Below are positions 14,908 through 20,000 of a DNA stretch of 20,000 nt, one piece after another. Made by a program: the position numbers and the translations under genes. Under the pieces are notes generated by a model. It did not search any database. It was given only the letters and a program-made list of their open reading frames with translations, and was not told the DNA's origin. Origin of the DNA: an uncultured virus (IMG/VR IMGVR_UViG_3300021425_003921) (taxonomy: Duplodnaviria; Heunggongvirae; Uroviricota; Caudoviricetes); the IMG/VR virus record IMGVR_UViG_3300021425_003921; one strand, given 5' to 3'. How positions within the stretch are numbered: the first letter of the stretch is position 1; each line of letters starts with the position of its first letter.

Positions 14908-15660
14908 TTATGTATTGTTGTTGCCCATAAAGGAATCAAAATGAGTTTTAGACTTGGGATCTAAATCAATTAAAATGGCGGTGCGGTTGTGGTCTTCGCA
15001 AACCGGCCATGTGCTACAAGAACCTGCGAAACCATCTAAGACGACATCATTAGGGTCGGTGGTAGACAACACCATGCGTTTAATGAGGTCATAGGGGATT
15101 TGGTTATACCATCCTTTGTGTTCTGCTGAGCCAGCCTTAACCATATTTATTTCCCACCAATCATAAGGACTAACGCCCTTACTGCCTTTGGCAATTTGCT
15201 TTTGAACTCGTGGGTCATTTGGATTTTTGTAGGGCATCGGGTCAGCCTTGTTGTTAAACTTGGGTTGCTCACAATCTTGATGAACAAACCAAAGCAAAGC
15301 ACGGTGAGCCGTAGTAAATCGCTTTTTGGTCATACCAATGTTACTGGGATAAACCCACGAAATCCATTGTTGAAGTCGATAACCTTTGGACTCAATAATG
15401 GGAAGTAAACGAGCACAGGCTTCGGGATAGTGAACTAAGAAAGCCGAACCATCGGCTGACAAAATGGGTTTGAGGGCTTCAAAAGTATCTCCGATAAGAT
15501 CGTGATATTCGTTTTCGGGAAGGTTGTCATCAACAAGATTAGAATAACGGAAACCAATGTTGTAAGGCGGGTCAAAGAAAGCAGTATTGATTTCTTGTGA
15601 TTCAGTTTGCAGTTGTTTGAGGGCAGAAACAACATCGGTGTTGATAAAACGATGGGCCAT
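14908..15660 (-). CDS. DNA amino-methyltransferase, beta class (N6-adenine/N4-cytosine family)
   Basis: Catalytic motif IV FDPPY precedes SAM-binding motif I VLDGFAGS; 250 aa. Confidence 0.92.
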   Translation of the reverse strand: MAHRFINTDVVSALKQLQTESQEINTAFFDPPYNIGFRYSNLVDDNLPENEYHDLIGDTFEALKPILSADGSAFLVHYPEACARLLPIIESKGYRLQQWISWVYPSNIGMTKKRFTTAHRALLWFVHQDCEQPKFNNKADPMPYKNPNDPRVQKQIAKGSKGVSPYDWWEINMVKAGSAEHKGWYNQIPYDLIKRMVLSTTDPNDVVLDGFAGSCSTWPVCEDHNRTAILIDLDPKSKTHFDSFMGNNNT

Positions 15661-15681
15661 AATAATGGTTTACGAAACCAC

Positions 15682-15694
15682 CAATATATAGTTT
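15682..15694 (-). promoter_or_regulatory. TATA-type promoter AAACTATATATTG
   Basis: 22 nt before ATG 15660. Spacer inverted repeat tggttt-3nt-aaacca (15666-15680). Confidence 0.7.
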
Positions 15695-15695
15695 A

Positions 15696-16463
15696 TCAAA
15701 AGAGTGTCTTTTGTTCACCGACTTCTTGTGGTTCCGAAGCAATGTCTTCAAGACCTTGTAGGTTGGGATTGTTGCCGACGGCTTGGAAGATAATTTCTCG
15801 ATCAACTTCAGGATTCCATGTTTGGTCAATAAATTCCATAATGCGTTTGTAAGTTACGCTGGAAGGTTTTACACCGACTTCTTCTGAGGTGGTTCTAAAA
15901 TTAACTATGAAATCACCGATAGAACCATAGGTTTCGTAAATCTTTTTAGCAAGTTTCTTACCGACTCGTGGGATTTGTTCTAACACCGCATGATGTTTAT
16001 TGCTGGTAGAAGTTACTACCGTCACAGGACGAATTAATTGATGTAATTCTTCTTCTTCCATGCGAAGAGCATGACTTCTAATAAACCGAATAGTTTCGTC
16101 AAGGGAATCGGTATATACTACAGGAATGGCTTCGCTGGTAAGTCGGTTAAAAAATTGTTGGAGGGATTGAATCTGATTAGAATTGGCGGTGAAAATATCC
16201 CGAGGCGAGCCTTCGATAATAAGATAATTACGACCTCCAGAGGCTACTAAACGAGTGATTTGTTCTTGCATACGGCGAGAAGTCCAAGAAGAGTAAGCAT
16301 CACTCCATGTTTTTCGCTCGAATAACGAGAAATTCCCGGGGTTATCGTAATCATAAACTTTGATGTCGCCTTCGGAAAGGTTTTCTATGTCGGCATTGAG
16401 CAACATTTTGAACATAGTTTTAGTGTTGTCAGATTCTTTAGAATCAATGCTGATAGCGATCAT
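15696..16463 (-). CDS. ERCC4/XPF-family structure-specific nuclease with HhH domain and C-terminal clamp-binding motif
   Basis: IDSKE, GD...FERKTWSD, LIIEG, HhH IPRVGKKLA, C-terminal QKTLF. Start 16463 from promoter spacing. Confidence 0.88.
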   Translation of the reverse strand: MIAISIDSKESDNTKTMFKMLLNADIENLSEGDIKVYDYDNPGNFSLFERKTWSDAYSSWTSRRMQEQITRLVASGGRNYLIIEGSPRDIFTANSNQIQSLQQFFNRLTSEAIPVVYTDSLDETIRFIRSHALRMEEEELHQLIRPVTVVTSTSNKHHAVLEQIPRVGKKLAKKIYETYGSIGDFIVNFRTTSEEVGVKPSSVTYKRIMEFIDQTWNPEVDREIIFQAVGNNPNLQGLEDIASEPQEVGEQKTLF

Positions 16464-16484
16464 AAAAAATATACAAACAATCAC

Positions 16485-16517
16485 CTACTTATATGTTTGT
16501 TAGAAGATTATAAATAG
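16485..16517. promoter_or_regulatory. Back-to-back divergent TATA-type promoters
   Basis: Minus strand AAACATATAAGTAG (16498-16485) is 22 nt before ATG 16463; plus strand AAGATTATAAATAG (16504-16517) is 22 nt before GTG 16539. Confidence 0.7.
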
Positions 16518-16538
16518 TAGCGATGACGATGTTATTGT

Positions 16539-17033
16539 GTGACGGGAATTGTTAATTGGTTACGAGAGTCTGGTATATCGGATTATCCGTTGATTAGAAT
16601 AATTAAATCAGATAGTGCTGCGAGGGAGACCATAGGTGAAATTTTAGAAAACCAATTAGGAGTAGATATTGTAGATAACTCTGCTTATTTTGCTAATAAC
16701 AATGCTAACAAAATTATAGAAATTACAACCAATAACCTTGATCGGCCCCGTGTCGAGCGATTATTAAAATATCAAGATAAATATTTTAAGGATGCGACCG
16801 TAATTGTTTTAGAATCTTATAATGAAAAACAATTTCTTGATGATGTGGTTTTGGGGATAGATTATGGGCCATCTTACTTGCCGGTATGGGTTGCTAAATT
16901 TAATTTGAATGGTAATAATTATTATTTGGTTATTGATAATGAATTGGATTGTAGATTTGGTTGGGCAGTAATAAATAATCAAAAAACCCTTGTTACTACT
17001 TTGGAAGACTTATTGAGAAGATATAGGGATTAA
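16539..17033 (+). CDS. Hypothetical protein, N-terminal IVNWLR family
   Basis: Begins MTGIVNWLRE; first gene of a five-gene plus-strand operon. Confidence 0.75.
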   Translation: MTGIVNWLRESGISDYPLIRIIKSDSAARETIGEILENQLGVDIVDNSAYFANNNANKIIEITTNNLDRPRVERLLKYQDKYFKDATVIVLESYNEKQFLDDVVLGIDYGPSYLPVWVAKFNLNGNNYYLVIDNELDCRFGWAVINNQKTLVTTLEDLLRRYRD

Positions 17034-17035
17034 TC

Positions 17036-17557
17036 ATGTTGCCAAATTATAGTGTCACTTTGGACAAAAATAATCTTGTGGAAGAGATCGTTATCGATAA
17101 AGATTTATTTGTAAATGGTAAAAATTATTATATGAAAGTGATCGGAATCAACTCGTTTGGACATACTATTACTACTTACGAATTTAAAATCAAAAAAATA
17201 CCACAATTTTTTGATAATCGATTGTGGAAAAATTTTGATTTGGAGGGATTAATAATTTTTAATCCCTATGAGACTTCCAAAACCGAGGATACGGTTGTGT
17301 GGGATGGTAAGATAAAAAAACGACAGGTTATTCCTGAGGAGGAAAAATTTAGCCATTTTGATTCACAAATAGAAAGCATACTATCACAAAAATGGCCTAT
17401 TTGGAGTAAAGTTGAGGGGGTTTGGATTACTCCTGAATTTAAAGATGTTCCCAGTTTTTTGTATCGAGAATGGGTAATGGGAAATCTTTTGCAAGATATT
17501 GAAATTTCGTTTGAAGAAATAATCAATCCGATGGCTATCAATCAGGAGGTGATATGA
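17036..17557 (+). CDS. Hypothetical protein with C-terminal MAINQEVI motif
   Basis: 173 aa; coupled to neighbours. Confidence 0.75.
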   Translation: MLPNYSVTLDKNNLVEEIVIDKDLFVNGKNYYMKVIGINSFGHTITTYEFKIKKIPQFFDNRLWKNFDLEGLIIFNPYETSKTEDTVVWDGKIKKRQVIPEEEKFSHFDSQIESILSQKWPIWSKVEGVWITPEFKDVPSFLYREWVMGNLLQDIEISFEEIINPMAINQEVI

Positions 17558-18063
17558 TGACTTATTTTCCTTCCGAACAATGGAGTAATAAATTATTTTC
17601 AATGGGGCAATATGGAAGTATTTTCGATGAATTTTTAGATCTACCAAGTTCGTATAAATTACTGATGAAATTGGCTAAAGAAAACTTACAAAAAGGACCT
17701 ACTTCACAAGTTTCTTTTGGTCCTGATTATAACGAATATTTATTAGAATTATCAAAACAACACGGGATATTTTTATTGACTAATCCATCATATAAAGAAG
17801 ACCAAGATTTAGGAGATAATTTAATAGTGGTGCCTATGTTTATAGAACATAATAAACAAAGAGGAAGGTTAGAACCCACAGATGTATGGACAATTGATTT
17901 AGATAATCAAACTTATGATGGGATTCCGCTTAGCGATGATTATAATGGTTCGGTTTATGATATTTATAAATTAGGTAAGCCTTTTATGTTTAAAGTAGAA
18001 AATTTTTTCCGAAAACATTATGATGAAACTTATGATGCTATTAATAAAAGGAGGGTGTTATAA
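17554..18063 (+). CDS. Hypothetical protein with C-terminal YDAINKRRVL motif
   Basis: 169 aa; ATGA overlap, SD GGAGGTGA. Confidence 0.75.
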   Translation: MMTYFPSEQWSNKLFSMGQYGSIFDEFLDLPSSYKLLMKLAKENLQKGPTSQVSFGPDYNEYLLELSKQHGIFLLTNPSYKEDQDLGDNLIVVPMFIEHNKQRGRLEPTDVWTIDLDNQTYDGIPLSDDYNGSVYDIYKLGKPFMFKVENFFRKHYDETYDAINKRRVL

Positions 18064-18602
18064 TGTTTAAACCGGAAGTGTGGGCCATTATTTATAATCG
18101 GTTTAAAACCGATAAATATGATACTTCTCGTTGGTCTGATGCCGCAATTATGAAAACATTAAAGGGTTCGGATGTAACTTTAACATGGTATCCTGAAATG
18201 TCGGCAGCAGATTGGTGGACTTTTTATGAATTAGGTGATTTAACAGCAAATGATGAAAGAATAGTTGCTGAAGTTTCTTTGCCAAAAAAAGGTTTTTGGG
18301 CGAGATTACATCATGCTTATGCTACTAATAGAATACTTTTTACTGATAAAGATGAAAGGGAATGGTATGATGAATGGATAAAACCTTTTGATGATCCATT
18401 GAGGGAGGATTGGCCTGATGTATATACAAAAACCCCAAGAGATTATATGAATAATGCTCGCAATTATTTTGATAATGAAGCACCTATCGAAATGATGAAT
18501 CAAGAAAACTTTGATGTGAATAATCCTGCTGTTTTGTGGGAGTGGCGTCCACCTCAAGAAAATAATTATTGGCAAGCAATTAATAAGCAAGAGGTGTTAT
18601 AA
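18063..18602 (+). CDS. Hypothetical Trp-rich protein with C-terminal WQAINKQEVL motif
   Basis: 179 aa; TAATG overlap. Confidence 0.75.
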   Translation: MFKPEVWAIIYNRFKTDKYDTSRWSDAAIMKTLKGSDVTLTWYPEMSAADWWTFYELGDLTANDERIVAEVSLPKKGFWARLHHAYATNRILFTDKDEREWYDEWIKPFDDPLREDWPDVYTKTPRDYMNNARNYFDNEAPIEMMNQENFDVNNPAVLWEWRPPQENNYWQAINKQEVL

Positions 18603-19283
18603 TTGGTAGTCAAATCAGCCACTAAGAAAAAATTAATGGATTCTGGGTGGAGTGAACCTGCGGCTCATGAAATGGCAAAGGATAGACGATGGGACGATGT
18701 AAAAAAATTATCTCCCTCGGAAATAGAGGGTATTTTAATTGATGCTTATATTCCGGCACCATATATACCTAATACAACTACTGGAAGACCACTAAGTATT
18801 TATGATTGGTGGCTAACAACTAAAGGAACTTGGAGATTTAAGAAAACTTCTGAGGGGTATGATTTTGAATTTACATTTAAAGGCGATGATTACAAATATA
18901 GTTGGCTTCGAAAGTCTGGACAAGTTATAGAAAAAGAAATGCTTTTTGAAGGATTAGGATCTTTATTTGGTGGCAAAGGGCCTGCTGATTGGTGGTCTTG
19001 GGAAGAACTTGCTTTGGGTAAATTAAATCCCCATTTTGATGGTGTCGAAATCTCTCAAATAATAAAAGATATGGATGGCAAACAAAATATTTTGCATGAG
19101 GTTGTTACCAAAGTAGAAAATGGAAACTATCATAATTATGATGCATGGTTTCCTGAATCTATCAATCGAGTAGATGTTTTAGATGTTTTTGTTCCTGTAG
19201 AGCGTTGTCGGCACGGTGTTGATCGTAGAAAAGATTGTGATCAATGTGGTGGTTTTGATGATTTAGCAAGTTTGTTCGGTTAA
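18603..19283 (+). CDS. Hypothetical protein; N-terminus possibly related to the MGII RNA polymerase A'' N-terminal extension; C-terminal CxH..CxxC cluster
   Basis: 226 aa, TTG start after SD GAGGTG. The similarity is from recall only. Confidence 0.55.
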   Translation: MVVKSATKKKLMDSGWSEPAAHEMAKDRRWDDVKKLSPSEIEGILIDAYIPAPYIPNTTTGRPLSIYDWWLTTKGTWRFKKTSEGYDFEFTFKGDDYKYSWLRKSGQVIEKEMLFEGLGSLFGGKGPADWWSWEELALGKLNPHFDGVEISQIIKDMDGKQNILHEVVTKVENGNYHNYDAWFPESINRVDVLDVFVPVERCRHGVDRRKDCDQCGGFDDLASLFG

Positions 19284-19379
19284 AATAGCCGTCGCATAAC
19301 CGCAACCACAAACCCAATATCCATTTTGAGATTCCATCTTTTTAACAAAATCTCGGCAAGAGCAAACAGGACAACTCAT
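19263..19379 (-). CDS. Small zinc-ribbon protein (38 aa, not in ORF track)
   Basis: MSCPVCSCRDFVKKMESQNGYWVCGCGYATAILTEQTC; ATGA overlap with the upstream stop. Confidence 0.6.
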   Translation of the reverse strand: MSCPVCSCRDFVKKMESQNGYWVCGCGYATAILTEQTC

Positions 19380-19609
19380 AGTTCATTCCTCGAAATTTTA
19401 TCTAATTGGTCTGCCAATTCTTCATCGTAATCGGCTTCTTGGTCTTCAGTCGTAATAATAACAACGGGTGGGTCACGCCAACGACTACCCATTTCTAAAA
19501 TGGACTGCAATAGATAATGAATTGATTTGTGTTCTGAAACAGCCCCTGATTTGGTGGCCTCAATAAAACCTTGGAGAGATTCTAAGTCAATTCTAATTTC
19601 AGCAGGCAT
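19376..19609 (-). CDS. Hypothetical protein (77 aa)
   Basis: ATG 19609 lies 23 nt from the TATA box. Confidence 0.7.
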   Translation of the reverse strand: MPAEIRIDLESLQGFIEATKSGAVSEHKSIHYLLQSILEMGSRWRDPPVVIITTEDQEADYDEELADQLDKISRNEL

Positions 19610-19631
19610 GATAATCAATGGGTAAGATTAC

Positions 19632-19645
19632 CTATTTATATGTTT
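19632..19645 (-). promoter_or_regulatory. TATA-type promoter AAACATATAAATAG overlapping the upstream stop codon
   Basis: 23 nt before ATG 19609. Confidence 0.7.
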
Positions 19646-20000
19646 CCATCATGTAATGGGCTGGGCAATTTGATAATGGTTCGATAATCCAAAATAGTTT
19701 GGCGTTCATTATGTTGCTCAAGATATTCTTCTTGAATGGCTTCGCAAGAAATTAATTTTTCATATTGTGATTGATTAATTTTGATGGCTTTTCCTTCTCG
19801 AAGATCGATAATAGAACTACCCCATTTGCGTTTCATAGTAGCATCGCTAATATCATTGGTGGTTTGATATTCGGTAATGTAATTGGAAAGAACTAAGGCT
19901 GCTGTGGGGCTACAAGTATAATACAAAAAGTGGGGTTCAGGGATATTTTCTAAAGCCCCATAATTGATAACTAAATCGGCTGCTTTTTTAGGTCCTAAGT
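19636..20000 (-). CDS. 3' part of a FEN1/5'-3' exonuclease-like protein (truncated by window edge)
   Basis: Frame is open to the window end and reads LGPKKAADLVINYGALENIPE, matching the H3TH motif of flap/5'-3' nucleases. Confidence 0.6.
   Translation of the reverse strand, partial: LGPKKAADLVINYGALENIPEPHFLYYTCSPTAALVLSNYITEYQTTNDISDATMKRKWGSSIIDLREGKAIKINQSQYEKLISCEAIQEEYLEQHNERQTILDYRTIIKLPSPLHDGNI

Larger units (their letters stand above)
1..20000. mobile_element. Segment of an archaeal dsDNA virus or virus-like element (probably Poseidoniales/MGII-associated)
   Basis: Viral-type ligase, RNR, HNHs, MTase and many ORFans, together with archaeal markers (PCNA, ERCC4, TATA promoters, GGTGA SD). 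No housekeeping operons and no capsid genes in the window. Confidence 0.75.

Overview
Gene-dense, mostly AT-rich segment that reads as the replication, nucleotide-metabolism and DNA-modification region of an archaeal dsDNA virus or similar element. The host is most plausibly Marine Group II Thermoplasmatota (Poseidoniales), i.e. magrovirus-like; this is inference, and no virion genes lie in the window. Recognisable genes: ATP-dependent DNA ligase, class II (B12) monomeric ribonucleotide reductase, PCNA, ERCC4/XPF nuclease with a C-terminal QKTLF clamp motif, the 3' part of a FEN1/5'-3' exonuclease-like gene, a beta-class DPPY DNA methyltransferase, a DUF262-HNH (GmrSD-like) nuclease, an ABC-ATPase plus Mom-like GNAT pair coupled to PCNA, two HNH-fold paralogs, two small wHTH-like paralogs, and a secreted Asp-rich Ca-binding-repeat protein with a (GQ)38 tract. 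Notable patterns read directly from the sequence: (i) five scattered ORFans share an N-terminal [IL][IV]NW[LI][RH] peptide and five others share a C-terminal AIN[KQ] peptide, both with synonymous codon variation; (ii) fifteen TATA-type boxes end 22-23 nt before a start codon (leaderless mRNAs), often with a short hairpin in the spacer; (iii) one ORF begins with what I recall as the N-terminus of the MGII RNA polymerase A'' subunit.
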